From Methanosuratincolales archaeon (lineage in GTDB: Archaea > Thermoproteota > Methanomethylicia > Methanomethylicales > Methanomethylicaceae), in contig JACIVQ010000001.1 in the NCBI GenBank assembly GCA_014361445.1, positions 10,174-74,173 of the forward strand: a stretch of 64,000 nucleotides of DNA, in the 5' to 3' direction. A program made the translations under genes and the position numbers. Numbering within the stretch: position 1 is the stretch's first letter; each line of letters begins with the position of its first letter. The notes under the pieces were generated by a model. The model saw nothing but the letters and a program-made list of their open reading frames with translations, searched no databases and was not told the origin of the DNA. Positions 46,209 to 56,428 of the stretch are shown one piece after another.

Positions 46209-47065
46209 AAATCCTCACCCTTGCGGGCCTTCCTGCAACTAGTCTTGGCTTTAATAATCCTTGCCCCGAAACGCTTCCAGCCCTCGACTATGGGATCCTC
46301 ATCCCCCTCCCTACATACAGCACAGACGGCTGGACCTTTACCGCAGAGACCTGCTGATATCGCCCCCCTCTCCATGGCCGTTATGATGGGCGATGGGTCA
46401 TATCCAAAGGTATGTGACATAATTAGGCCATTTAGGATCATTGCTTGCCAGACCCTCCCACCCATCGCTTCTTGAAAAGCCACCTCGGCAAGCCTCCTCA
46501 CAGACCTTACAGTTTCCTGTCCCACACTCCCTGAGTAACGCCTCTCCTCGGGAACGAGAAAGAGGACAGTCAAGGGCTCGACCTCAACACTCTTTAAGAT
46601 CCTCATCCGGCAATTATCAGTGATCTGAAGGCCGCCAAAGTAACTGGCTGATGCGTCATCGAAGGCGCCCGTGAGTGTCACCCTTGCTCTTATTGAGGCC
46701 TCGACCCCTAGCTTTACTATCTCGAGATCCTCCAGGTCCTCTCCCAAGGCGTCTAGTGTAGCCAACACTATGGCGTTTGACGCCGCGCTGGAGCTCTTCA
46801 TGCCCCTTGCTATTGGGATGTTGCTCCACGTCTTTATGGAGCCCCCCTTCCTAAGTCCAAACCGCTCCATTACTACCTTAAATGACTCCTTTGCCAACTC
46901 CTTACTCTCCCCACTATCACCATTTATCTCGACCGAGATTCCTACATGATCGTTGAGCTCGACCTCAGCGACCGTCCAAAGATCCACACCTAATGATGCG
47001 CCAAGTCCCGATGGCATAGCATTTACAACTGTTGTGGCTCCATAGGCCACCCCTACCCCTTTCAT
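46205..47065 (-). CDS. aroK: Archaeal (GHMP-family) shikimate kinase
   Basis: TVVNA, IPIARGMKSSSAASNA, TGAFDDASASYFGG, GKGPA. Confidence 0.94.
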   Translation of the reverse strand: MKGVGVAYGATTVVNAMPSGLGASLGVDLWTVAEVELNDHVGISVEINGDSGESKELAKESFKVVMERFGLRKGGSIKTWSNIPIARGMKSSSAASNAIVLATLDALGEDLEDLEIVKLGVEASIRARVTLTGAFDDASASYFGGLQITDNCRMRILKSVEVEPLTVLFLVPEERRYSGSVGQETVRSVRRLAEVAFQEAMGGRVWQAMILNGLIMSHTFGYDPSPIITAMERGAISAGLCGKGPAVCAVCREGDEDPIVEGWKRFGARIIKAKTSCRKARKGEDL

Positions 47066-47901
47066 CGGGTATCACCCCTTACGGCCCTGCGCATCGTCTC
47101 TAAGGGCGCCGTCCGCCCAGTCCATAAAGTAAACGCTATAGCCCCTTGATGGACTAGCGGCTCTAGACCATCTATCACCTTGCAGCCCTTTGCCTTGGCC
47201 AACCGCAAAAGTTTCGTCTCGATGGGATCATAAACTAGATCCATCACTATGACGCCCACATCCAACAGGTGGTCTGGTACAGGGCTCTCATCTATTCTTG
47301 GTCTCATCCCCAAAGGCGTGGCATTTATAATTAGATCTACTTTCCTTATTCCACTGAGATCGACCAGAGAGAGACCTTCTGCATAAGCCCCCCCTCTGAG
47401 GAGGTCTGCAAGAGATTTAGACTTGGAGGGATCCCTCCCAGCTATGAGGATCTTAGATGGCTTATTAGTAGATGCCAACTCAAATGCAACTCCTCTTGCC
47501 GCTCCTCCATAGCCCACTATGATCACGCTCTTCCCAGAGATCTCTACGCCGCAATACTCAAGGGCCCCAATAACCCCTTTCCCATCAGTATTATAGCCAA
47601 CCAATCTTCCTCCGTTGTTCAGAATGGTATTCACAGAGCCCACAAGTTCCGCCGTCCCTTCCAATTCATCGAGGTATTTTATGATCTCCGTCTTGTGGGG
47701 CATAGTCACATTACACCCAAGGAAGCCTATAGCCCTCAGACCATCAACAGTAGTTTTGAGGTCCTCCCTCTTCACCCTGAAGGCAAGGTACGCGCAATCC
47801 TCCCCCAACTCTGAGAAGGCAGCAGTAAACATAGCCGGGCTCCTAGAGTGTTCTACTGGGTCGCCTATCAAACAGCAGAGGCGCGTCCTACCAGTGGTCA
47901 A
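47062..47901 (-). CDS. aroE: Shikimate dehydrogenase
   Basis: GDPVEHSRSP, NVTMPHK, SVNT, GYNTDG, INATPLG, DLVYDP. Confidence 0.95.
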   Translation of the reverse strand: MTTGRTRLCCLIGDPVEHSRSPAMFTAAFSELGEDCAYLAFRVKREDLKTTVDGLRAIGFLGCNVTMPHKTEIIKYLDELEGTAELVGSVNTILNNGGRLVGYNTDGKGVIGALEYCGVEISGKSVIIVGYGGAARGVAFELASTNKPSKILIAGRDPSKSKSLADLLRGGAYAEGLSLVDLSGIRKVDLIINATPLGMRPRIDESPVPDHLLDVGVIVMDLVYDPIETKLLRLAKAKGCKVIDGLEPLVHQGAIAFTLWTGRTAPLETMRRAVRGDTR

Positions 47902-48580
47902 GGGCCATCACCTCCCGTAGGGACTTAAGTGTCTCAACATCTACCTGCCCAGGTGCCGTCTCCTTCCCTCTCTTAAGAGAGGCATATGTCCACTCAGCCC
48001 CAAATATGGGGCAGAGCACACGGGATATGATCCCTAACTCCCCGTAACAGAATATAATGCGCCGGTACCCCTTCAATGAGCTGCATGCCTGGAGGGCGAC
48101 CAGATTTTCATCATGGGTATGTGCGGGCATCACCGCCTTATAGATGACCTTGTTCCCATATTCTTTGATCATTGAAGAGATCTCCTCTTGTGTAAGGGGG
48201 CGGTTGACATGCCACGAGATGATGATCTCAGTTCTGCCGAGCATGCTCTCCATACACTCTCTAATGAGAGATCCCCCCATCTCGGCACCGAGATCCACAT
48301 AATCTGCATACTCGGATGCCATTAGGAGTAATTCCGCTCTCTCTCTGAGCCCACCATCAAACCTTCCAAATGTAGAGTTTGGCATTATAGTGGCTACTTT
48401 GGGGATATCTATTACATCTAAAGCCTTGAATATGCGCCTGAGCTTGTCTCCATCTAATCTCTTAATGTAATCTAATCGAACCTCTATGAGATCGGCCCCC
48501 TTAATCCTTGCCTCCTCTGCGCTACGGAGCAGATCCTTCTCGCATACCTCGGCCAAGGAGACACAGATCTTGTACCTAAT
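47888..48580 (-). CDS. aroD: Type I 3-dehydroquinate dehydratase
   Basis: KICVSL (upstream of the first TTG at 48556), ADLIEVRLD, IISWH, ISR, TAPGQ; start proposed at ATT 48580. Confidence 0.88.
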   Translation of the reverse strand: MRYKICVSLAEVCEKDLLRSAEEARIKGADLIEVRLDYIKRLDGDKLRRIFKALDVIDIPKVATIMPNSTFGRFDGGLRERAELLLMASEYADYVDLGAEMGGSLIRECMESMLGRTEIIISWHVNRPLTQEEISSMIKEYGNKVIYKAVMPAHTHDENLVALQACSSLKGYRRIIFCYGELGIISRVLCPIFGAEWTYASLKRGKETAPGQVDVETLKSLREVMALDHW

Positions 48581-49664
48581 TGCACATAACCTCCTCTAAA
48601 GATGAAGTTATGATCTCTTCGGGAGGGTCTGTTATAACCGTACCTTCTCCGATTTTTGTTGGAACAGCGAACCTTAACTTACCGGACCTGACCTTCTTGT
48701 CATGGTATATTGAGGTGAGTACGCCCTCAACTGATCCCCTCCGCGCCCTCTTTGAAAGTCCGTAGGCCGATATTAGCGACTCCATCCTATGGAGATCCCT
48801 ATGGCTAAGTAATCCTAGTCTATTGGAGATCCTGCCCTCCACCACCATACCCACCCCTACTGCTTCTCCATGGCTATAGTAAGAATAACTTGTAGCCGAC
48901 TCTAGCGCATGTCCCACCGTGTGACCAAAATTTAACAACATCCTCGCATTTTTATCGAACTCGTCTATGGCTACTACATCTGCTTTAATCTTAATAGCAA
49001 TTGAAACGATCCTCTCTATAAGATCGCTTTGGAGCCCTTTAATATCATCCTTATATTGTTCGAGGATGGAGAAGAGAGAGCTGTTAAGGATGGCACCATA
49101 CTTTATAAGTTCAGCGATCCCGTTCCTGATCTCTCTTGGTGGGAGCGTTTTTAAAAGACCTACGTCCGTAACGACGAGCTTTGGTTGGTAGAATGTTCCG
49201 ATGAGGTTCTTCGCGAGGGGGTGGTTTATGGCAACCTTCCCACCGATGCTACTGTCTACTTGTGCGAGGAGGGTCGTCGGGATGTGGGCTAGCTTTGTTC
49301 CTCTCATGTATGTGGCAGCGACAAAACCAGCCAGATCACCTACACAGCCCCCTCCGAATGAGGCTATCACCGCTTCCCTCCCTACATTATGCTCGAGTAG
49401 GGCATTTACCACCTCTAAGTAGCTCTCGAAGGATTTTGCCCCCTCCCCATCTGGGACTTCTATAATAAAATAGTCGAGCCCTTCATTGGAGAGGGAGTCT
49501 TCTACGATTCTTCCGTAAAGTCCCCTAACGGGAGGGACTGTGAGGACCACTACTTTTTCCCCTTCGCTTACCTCTCTAAGATACCTCCCCACACTACTAA
49601 GTAGCCCATTACCTATGTGGACTGAGTAACTCCGTCTGCCTAAGTTTACGGTTATAGTCTCCAC
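48576..49664 (-). CDS. aroB: 3-dehydroquinate synthase
   Basis: PDGEGAKS, GGGCVGDLAGF, PTTLLAQVDSSIGGK, LNFGHTVGHALE, HGEAV. Confidence 0.96.
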   Translation of the reverse strand: METITVNLGRRSYSVHIGNGLLSSVGRYLREVSEGEKVVVLTVPPVRGLYGRIVEDSLSNEGLDYFIIEVPDGEGAKSFESYLEVVNALLEHNVGREAVIASFGGGCVGDLAGFVAATYMRGTKLAHIPTTLLAQVDSSIGGKVAINHPLAKNLIGTFYQPKLVVTDVGLLKTLPPREIRNGIAELIKYGAILNSSLFSILEQYKDDIKGLQSDLIERIVSIAIKIKADVVAIDEFDKNARMLLNFGHTVGHALESATSYSYYSHGEAVGVGMVVEGRISNRLGLLSHRDLHRMESLISAYGLSKRARRGSVEGVLTSIYHDKKVRSGKLRFAVPTKIGEGTVITDPPEEIITSSLEEVMCN

Positions 49665-50645
49665 TCAAATTCGCCTCCCCACGGCCCTTGTCAAGACCGC
49701 GAGCTCGTCCATGAGTCTATGGAAGGCTTTTAGTGTGAGGGACTGGGGACCATCGCTGAGGGCAGCCTCAGGCCTTGGATGTACCTCTATTAAGAGCCCA
49801 TCTGCCCCAGCTGCTATTGCGGCTTTGGAGGCGGCAGGTACAAGCTCGCTCCTCCCTGTCGCATGGCTTGGGTCAGCGACTACTGGTAGGTGGGTCAATA
49901 GCTTGGTCAGAGCTATACCTGACACATCCAGGACATTCCTGGTGGCATCCTCAAAAGTCCTTATCCCCCGCTCACAGAGTATTACATTCCAATTCCCCTC
50001 TAAGAGTATGTACTCTGCTGCTAAGAGCCACTCCTCGATTTTGGCCGACGGGCCTCTCTTCAGTAGTACAGGCTTCATAGATCTTCCGACCGCCCTGAGG
50101 AGTTCGAAGTTCTGCATGTTCCTCGCCCCTATCTGAAGCGCATCTGCATACTTGGAGACCAGATTGACCTGTTCCGGGGAGAGTACCTCCGTGACTACAG
50201 GGAGACCTACTTCACCAGAGACCTCCCTCAGAATCTTCAGTCCCTCCTCCCCAAGCCCCTGAAATGAGTAAGGGGACGTCCTAGGCTTGAACGCCCCCCC
50301 TCTGAGCGCCCTCGCACCAGCATTCTTTACATCCCTTGCTACTTCCCTCATCATCTCTAACCCTTCAACAGCACAAGGTCCTGCGCAGACTACAACTTCT
50401 TCCCCTCCGAACTCTACATCCTTGATCTTTACACAAGTATTATCTTTGGAATACTCCCTACTCACGAGCTTGAATTCGCTCTGGATCTCCTTTGAAGAGA
50501 TTATCTCGATTTGAGAGAGCAAACCCTCAGGAACCCTCCCCTTTACTATATATACAACCTTCCCATCACGTTCGACCTTCCAAATCCTCCCAGCCAACCC
50601 CCTCTCAAGAATCTGAGATGGCTCCCTAAGAGTTAAGATCATCAT
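49665..50645 (-). CDS. aroF: DAHP synthase, type I-beta
   Basis: [57 protein letters not shown]. Confidence 0.96.
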   Translation of the reverse strand: MMILTLREPSQILERGLAGRIWKVERDGKVVYIVKGRVPEGLLSQIEIISSKEIQSEFKLVSREYSKDNTCVKIKDVEFGGEEVVVCAGPCAVEGLEMMREVARDVKNAGARALRGGAFKPRTSPYSFQGLGEEGLKILREVSGEVGLPVVTEVLSPEQVNLVSKYADALQIGARNMQNFELLRAVGRSMKPVLLKRGPSAKIEEWLLAAEYILLEGNWNVILCERGIRTFEDATRNVLDVSGIALTKLLTHLPVVADPSHATGRSELVPAASKAAIAAGADGLLIEVHPRPEAALSDGPQSLTLKAFHRLMDELAVLTRAVGRRI

Positions 50646-51553
50646 CTCCTCCTCCGAATAACCCCCTTGATAACTGATCTTATCTTTTCGGCTGTAAGAC
50701 CAAACTTCTCTAATAGTTCGCGGTGTGTTCCGGATTCGCCGAAAGTGTCGCCGATACCAATCCTTGCCACTGGGACTGGGTACTCTAGAGAGAGAAGTTC
50801 CGCCACAGCGCTCCCTAGACCACCAATTACGCTATGCTCCTCAACACATACTACTGCCCCACAGGACTTTGCAGCTGAGATGACTGCCTCCTTGTCCAGC
50901 GGCTTAATTGTCGAGACGTGTACAACCCTCACACTTGTATCTGTGCATCTTGCCGCTTCGAGAGCCTCTGCGGTTATTGAGCCAGTAGAGAAGAGGGCAA
51001 CATCGCTACCGTCCATTAAAGTGGTTGCCTTACCAATCCTAAATACCCCATCACGATCGAAGATCCTCACATCTTCGTCCCTCCCTATCCTTAGGTAGAC
51101 CGGCCCCTTCATTTCTATAATAGCCTCCACCGCCTCCTTGACCTCTTGAGGGTCACCTGGCGCGACCACGGTCATGTTTGGTAAGACGCGCATCAACGCA
51201 AGGTCTTCCAAGGCTTGGTGGGACGCTCCATCATCAGCGGCTGTCAGCCCAGCGTGTGTGCCCACGAGTTTCACATTAAGGTTCGCTCTGGAGATCGTAT
51301 TCCTTATCTGCTCCCATGCCCTCATTAGAAAAGAGGAGAAGAGGGTCACGAGAGGGACCCTCCCTGTGAGTGCCAGTCCAGCCGCGACCCCTACTATATC
51401 TTGCTCGCTGATTCCAAGATTGAATAATCGGTTTGGGTACCTGTCTTTAAATTTGTATACGTATGTAGGGTTGCCAACGTCCCCAGTCAGGACGATGAGT
51501 TCTTCGTATAATTCTCCGAGCCTTACCAAGGACTCTCCGAACGCTCTGCGCAC
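50642..51553 (-). CDS. Transketolase, C-terminal subunit
   Basis: [32 protein letters not shown]. Confidence 0.94.
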   Translation of the reverse strand: MRRAFGESLVRLGELYEELIVLTGDVGNPTYVYKFKDRYPNRLFNLGISEQDIVGVAAGLALTGRVPLVTLFSSFLMRAWEQIRNTISRANLNVKLVGTHAGLTAADDGASHQALEDLALMRVLPNMTVVAPGDPQEVKEAVEAIIEMKGPVYLRIGRDEDVRIFDRDGVFRIGKATTLMDGSDVALFSTGSITAEALEAARCTDTSVRVVHVSTIKPLDKEAVISAAKSCGAVVCVEEHSVIGGLGSAVAELLSLEYPVPVARIGIGDTFGESGTHRELLEKFGLTAEKIRSVIKGVIRRRR

Positions 51554-52420
51554 CTAGAGACCTCCCCCGTACGCCTCTAACTCCTTTAATGCCGCCAAGT
51601 ACTGCTCATCATTCAAGCGGATCTTGTGCCCCCCATTTGTATCCTCAATAAATGGGACGCCATGCCCCTTCTTAGTGTAGGCTATTATAGCAACAGGTCC
51701 TTCGGAGTGTTCTGCGTAGTCCAAAACCTCCACAATCTTCTGTACATCATGCCCATTTACTGTGTAAACCTCCCAACCAAAACTTTCAATCTTTGCCTTC
51801 AATGGTACCTTTTTCTTAACCTCCTCCGTTCTTCCGTCTAATTGCCACCCATTTCGGTCAATAATTAGAACCAAGTTTGAGAGTTTCAGATGCGCAGCCG
51901 TCATCATAGCCTCCCAGACCTGCCCTTCGTCACACTCGCCGTCGCCCATCAAAACATAGACCCTCGATCTACTGCCATTCATCCTGATACCCAACGCCAT
52001 GCCCACCCCAATGGACAAGCCCTGTCCTAACGAGCCAGACGGAGCCTCCACGCCAGGAACTCTAAGATCCGGATGCCCCTGGAGGCGGGACCCAAGTTTT
52101 TTGAAGGTCCTTAACTCCTCCCTTTGGATGTAGCCCATTTCCGCCAGGACCGCATAAAGTGCCAGTGCCGCATGCCCCTTGCTCAGGACGAACCGATCTC
52201 TATCTTTCCACAATGGCTCATAGGGGGTGTGCCGCATTTTCAAGAAGTAGAGTGTTGCGATTATTTCAAGGCATGAAAGCGATGAACCGAGGTGCGCATT
52301 TTCATTATGGGCCGTCTCGAGTACCAGTCGACGAATAGATCTTATCTTCTCTTTGAGTTTTTGAACCTCTATTATATGCCGTAGTTCGCTAGTTTCCACT
52401 GTGCTACCCATTACAGTCAC
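51554..52420 (-). CDS. Transketolase, N-terminal (TPP-binding) subunit
   Basis: HLGSSLS, DRFVLSKGHA, LQGHP, GSLGQGL, GDGECDEG..WEA, KGHG. Confidence 0.94.
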   Translation of the reverse strand: MTVMGSTVETSELRHIIEVQKLKEKIRSIRRLVLETAHNENAHLGSSLSCLEIIATLYFLKMRHTPYEPLWKDRDRFVLSKGHAALALYAVLAEMGYIQREELRTFKKLGSRLQGHPDLRVPGVEAPSGSLGQGLSIGVGMALGIRMNGSRSRVYVLMGDGECDEGQVWEAMMTAAHLKLSNLVLIIDRNGWQLDGRTEEVKKKVPLKAKIESFGWEVYTVNGHDVQKIVEVLDYAEHSEGPVAIIAYTKKGHGVPFIEDTNGGHKIRLNDEQYLAALKELEAYGGGL

Positions 52421-52645
52421 CCTTTGCTGTTAAAATTCGCGGAGGTCGATCTGAAGTCAAAGACTCAAAGAGTGTCCAAAGGCAAAGAATGGTTACGGTT
52501 ATAGATATTGGAATTGGCTCACTTTGCCCACCTTTTTTATACTCCTAGAATCTTGATAGTATTTAAGTATTCTCGACAAAATTTTTTGACTAGCAAAAGC
52601 GGCAACACCAAAGGCATACAACCAGCAGGGTCCAAAATCAGAATC

Positions 52646-52890
52646 CTAGACGAGCCTCCAATTGCATATATCATTAGCACAAATGATTCCCGATATTATG
52701 ACTGCCTCTATTCACCGCCCAGGAAGGTCGAGGAGCTCGCCAAATACAAACCCTTTATCGGCGTTTTGAAGTATGGCCTTCTTACCCCAACCGACTGATC
52801 GAAGGAGTAGAGGGCGCCCTCTGGCATCGAAGTATATCTCTCGAATGTTTTGGGTGTTGCCGCGTCCTTGATGTAAAGCGACGGGCAGCC
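52646..52890 (-). pseudogene. C-terminal fragment of a phytoene-desaturase-like FAD oxidoreductase
   Basis: DAATPKTFERYTSMPEGALYSF...FKTPIKGLYLASSSTFLGG, then a frameshift into IEAVIISGIICANDICNW; N-terminus absent. Confidence 0.75.
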
Positions 52891-52892
52891 CG

Positions 52893-53297
52893 TCACAGAC
52901 AGGTAGAGCATGTAGTCGTAGTCCCCCGCTCGCATACGCCTTCTGGAAGACCCCCTTCCCACTCACGGCGTCCGGAGGGAACATGAACCAGCCCGTACTG
53001 GACGAGCTTCCTTATTGTCAGTTTGAAGTCAACCTTGGTCAGCTCCTTGTAGGGCTGACTGTTGGCCCATGCCACGACTCGCTCTATCTCCGCCCTGGTG
53101 GTAGTGCTCGGGTCGAAGGGGCATGCATTCATAATGGTGCAGACGTGGGTCACGTACTTGATGGTCCCCACGTCCGATATCCCCATGGCCCTCAGGTGTT
53201 CTATGAACGATAGCAGGAACTGCGCGTTCGGGAGGGAGGCTAGGCGCCTCTTGACATACTCCATCCTCTTCCTGCAGTCTTGCATGTCCTCACTCAC
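52893..53297 (-). pseudogene. N-terminal (SAM-like) fragment of an archaeal tyrosine recombinase/integrase
   Basis: LLSFIEHLRAMGIS...KY...FDP...TRAEIERVVAWANSQPYKELTKVDFKLTIRKLVQY; no catalytic R-H-R-Y domain follows. Confidence 0.7.
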
Positions 53298-53376
53298 CCC
53301 TGCTCTTCTGAAGCGGGGCGGATTTTAAAAGGCTGGATGGATGTACAAGAGAATCTGTATTGTACTCGCAACCTAC

Positions 53377-53399
53377 ATTTGTTAGAACGAAAGATCTAA
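53377..53399 (+). repeat. 23-bp direct repeat, copy 2 (att-like)
   Basis: ATTTGTTAGAACGAAAGATCTAA, identical to 35554-35576; 80 bp upstream of the integrase remnant. Confidence 0.85.
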
Positions 53400-53462
53400 A
53401 AAATTGATTTGAGAACTTACAAAAACCTTTGGTGTGATCTGAATAAACAGTACCTCAACTGC

Positions 53463-54104
53463 TTAGACGCAAATTCCTGCACGGTTCATCAAGAGCCTTG
53501 ACAAATACCACAAAGGTATCGATATTGCGGCGATAATAGACAGGGAGATCAAGAATGATAGAGAGATCTCCAACAGTGAATTAGACTGGAAGATAAAGAG
53601 GGGCGGTAAAATAGAGAGGATGAGTGCGGAGGCTAAAATTAAGAGCAAGAACCGACGCAAATCGGGGCAAAGGGGAGCAAATAAAAGTCCGAAGAATAAA
53701 GAGAAGAGCCAAAGTGGGACAGATATTAAAAAGCTGTTGATGAAGAAATACATTAAAGTAATAGCCATGGCCAGAGTCAGAGACAACGGCAAAGAGGAAG
53801 GGAGCCGGCCGAATTTTGGGTACCTTTTGCCGACCTTAATGCCCGTTTTGGGGATCTCTTGATTAAGCCAGGCTTCAGCCTTTGGGGTAATCTCGTAGAG
53901 GTACCTCTTGTCATCCCTTCTTCTCGAAATGAGGCCGAGTCTCAAAAGGAGGGATAGGTGAGCTTCTACTGTGCTTCTCGATCTGTTGACACTCTCTGCG
54001 ATTTCATCTCCAGTCATTGGCCTCTGGGAGAGTGCCTCCAATATGGAATATCTCGTCCTTTCGCTTAGAGCGTCAAGGATCTCCCTCAGTTCCTCCCCTT
54101 CCAT
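53463..54104 (-). CDS. ArsR-type HTH regulator fused to C-terminal transmembrane helices
   Basis: ALSERTRYSILEALSQRPMT..EIA...SRSTVEAHLSLL..LGLI followed by 3-4 hydrophobic helices. Confidence 0.82.
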   Translation of the reverse strand: MEGEELREILDALSERTRYSILEALSQRPMTGDEIAESVNRSRSTVEAHLSLLLRLGLISRRRDDKRYLYEITPKAEAWLNQEIPKTGIKVGKRYPKFGRLPSSLPLSLTLAMAITLMYFFINSFLISVPLWLFSLFFGLLFAPLCPDLRRFLLLILASALILSILPPLFIFQSNSLLEISLSFLISLSIIAAISIPLWYLSRLLMNRAGICV

Positions 54105-54228
54105 GCCATATTTTTGGGAGAACCTCATTTAAGAGAATTATTGTATTTCGATTTTTCTAGAAAGATCGAATCGGTCTCCGCCTTAAGAGGGCTTATAATC
54201 AGCCGAGGACGTACTCTCTCAGAGGACT

Positions 54229-54798
54229 ATGCGTCTGAAAAAGATCCTCCTGATATTGGCAATAGTGATGTTCTTCCCTTGGGCGCTGCTGCCACTTGGA
54301 TTTTATCACATCTGGAGGAGAGGGGTCTTTCAATCATTGATGAAAAGTTTTGCAGAACCATTTAGAAGGCCTCTTATCAGGACTCAAGGATTAATCGAAG
54401 AGACTCTAACTTTTAAGTATTATAAGCCCAGCAATGGCCAGTGTTACGCGTTAATTCCAAGGACGTTTGGGGCCCAGTATGTTTACGGGATTGAGATAAG
54501 AGACCTCCCGGAGAGGTTGACAAGTAATATTGGAGATGTAATCAGGGCGATCATGGATAATATTGGGGCGAGAGGAGAGACCACGATCTCATTGGTTACT
54601 AAAGACAAGATCGAGAAGGTGCGAATTCATTCGGTTTCAAAGGTTCTTCCTGGAATTGAGGTTGATGTCGGGAAGGAGGCGAGAGAGACCACATTGAGGA
54701 TCTTTGATGCCTTGAGATCAGAGTCTCCAACACTTAAGGTCAACTTATGCAAGGGTGACGAGGTCACGGAAGGCTTGCCCTTGGAGGTATTTAGATGA
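54229..54798 (+). CDS. Membrane-anchored hypothetical protein
   Basis: N-terminal TM helix; ATGA overlap with the next gene. Confidence 0.7.
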   Translation: MRLKKILLILAIVMFFPWALLPLGFYHIWRRGVFQSLMKSFAEPFRRPLIRTQGLIEETLTFKYYKPSNGQCYALIPRTFGAQYVYGIEIRDLPERLTSNIGDVIRAIMDNIGARGETTISLVTKDKIEKVRIHSVSKVLPGIEVDVGKEARETTLRIFDALRSESPTLKVNLCKGDEVTEGLPLEVFR

Positions 54799-56126
54799 GA
54801 CGGCAGGAGCTCAAGACTTTGGGACTGCTCAATAAATGTGAGAATAAGTTAGCAGTGCGTGCTGGTTTAGGGGAGATCAGGGAGGCAGAATTTTCGAGGG
54901 TAGTTGTCATTGGGGATGAGAGGGCAAGGGTAAGGATGATGGCGGAGCTCGTGATGAATGGTTTTGAAGGAGGCCATGCCCCTCTCGTCATGGACCTGAA
55001 GGGAAGGTACGCAGGACTTATTGACTATATTCCCTCAATGAAGATATACAAAGTCGGAAAGCACCCAACTTTCAACCCACTAAAGGAGGCATTTCCAGGG
55101 TACTCCAAAGAATTCGCCCTGATCTTTAAGGAGATATATGAGCTAAGCCGTGATGAGTGCATATATCTTGAAAAGGTCCTTGAGAATGCCTACAGGGATG
55201 GAGATTGTTGCCCAACATTAGAAGGTATATTTGAGAGGCTCCTTCGGATGGAGGCAGAGGCCCAACCGAAGGAGGGTTACAAGATCGAGTGTCTCAAAAA
55301 TGTCCTCTCAGAGCTGGAGGTAGGACCGCTAGCCCCCATATTTAGGGGAAATGAGAGGGAGCTCTTCGCGCCGATGATACTCGATCTTGGCAATCTCACG
55401 TTAAAGGAGAGGGTTATGATGATGGTTGCCAGCCTTGCCAGGATCAGGGAGTGCAGAGCCACATTTGTGGTGATTGACGGGCTTGACTGGTCAATCATCT
55501 CCGGTTCAATATGGTTAAAAAGTATTGTAAGGGATATGATCGAAGACCTGAGCTACAGAGGAATATCCGTATATATCGGGTCAGATGATCTAATTCACGC
55601 CCCAATCCGGAGTACGGCATATGTATTCTGCGGTCCAATTTGGTATGATGAGGTTAGGTGGATCAGAGGGCTGGCGGACGGGCTGGATTTAGAGCACTTC
55701 AGATACCTTGAGGAGGGCACAGGGCTTGTAGTGACGTGGAAGAGGGCTCCATTTTACTTGAGGTTCAGAAGCCCAGAATTCAGGGTTGTTGGGGACGATG
55801 AGATCGAGGCACACATGAAGACCTTGGGTGAAGAGGTTTCGTATTTTGATTCTGCTCAAGGTAAAAGTGAAGGGATGCTAGAGAGGCTATTTAGGGACAG
55901 GGCGTCTCTCTTCTACGCGAAAGAGTTCTTGAGGTTAGTTGGCGAAGGTAGGGTGCCTGTGGAGGCGGTAAGTTCTCAAAGAAACGCAACTTTGAGAAAT
56001 GTGGTCAGAATCTTGAAGCGGTACTTCTTGGTTGTTGAGCACATAGATGGAACAGGAACGAAATGGTACAGGCTCACCAATGTTGGGGAGAAAGCACTAC
56101 GCGAGGTGGAGGGAGAGGAGGCGTGA
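54795..56126 (+). CDS. Degenerate HerA/VirB4-like P-loop protein with C-terminal winged helix
   Basis: VVVIGDERAR at the Walker A position, VMDLKGRY, FNPL, ILDL, VVIDG (Walker B-like), WYRLTNVGEKAL. Confidence 0.6.
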   Translation: MRRQELKTLGLLNKCENKLAVRAGLGEIREAEFSRVVVIGDERARVRMMAELVMNGFEGGHAPLVMDLKGRYAGLIDYIPSMKIYKVGKHPTFNPLKEAFPGYSKEFALIFKEIYELSRDECIYLEKVLENAYRDGDCCPTLEGIFERLLRMEAEAQPKEGYKIECLKNVLSELEVGPLAPIFRGNERELFAPMILDLGNLTLKERVMMMVASLARIRECRATFVVIDGLDWSIISGSIWLKSIVRDMIEDLSYRGISVYIGSDDLIHAPIRSTAYVFCGPIWYDEVRWIRGLADGLDLEHFRYLEEGTGLVVTWKRAPFYLRFRSPEFRVVGDDEIEAHMKTLGEEVSYFDSAQGKSEGMLERLFRDRASLFYAKEFLRLVGEGRVPVEAVSSQRNATLRNVVRILKRYFLVVEHIDGTGTKWYRLTNVGEKALREVEGEEA

Positions 56127-56428
56127 GGGTGAAACATGTGACGGACAGGGAGATATTCTGGAGCCTAGGACGGGGCGATGGGGACGAGATAATAGGGGTG
56201 GAGGTTAGCCTGGAGGGAGAGGGCAGAGTCTCTAGAAAGATAGTTTCCAGGGGGAAGTACGGCAAGGAGAGGACGGTCTTCTTGGAGAGGTACTCTGTGG
56301 ATGAGTACCTAGGGATCATAAGATCTGAGTCTGCACTCCTCTCCTCTTCCAAAGGTGAAGATCGCGATGCTATGACATTGATAATAGAGGCGATAGAGCT
56401 CCTAAGGAGGGCATCCGAGAAGATATGA
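56123..56428 (+). CDS. Hypothetical protein
   Basis: GTG overlapping the previous TGA with a GGAGG RBS; abuts the radA-like gene. Confidence 0.6.
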   Translation: MRVKHVTDREIFWSLGRGDGDEIIGVEVSLEGEGRVSRKIVSRGKYGKERTVFLERYSVDEYLGIIRSESALLSSSKGEDRDAMTLIIEAIELLRRASEKI

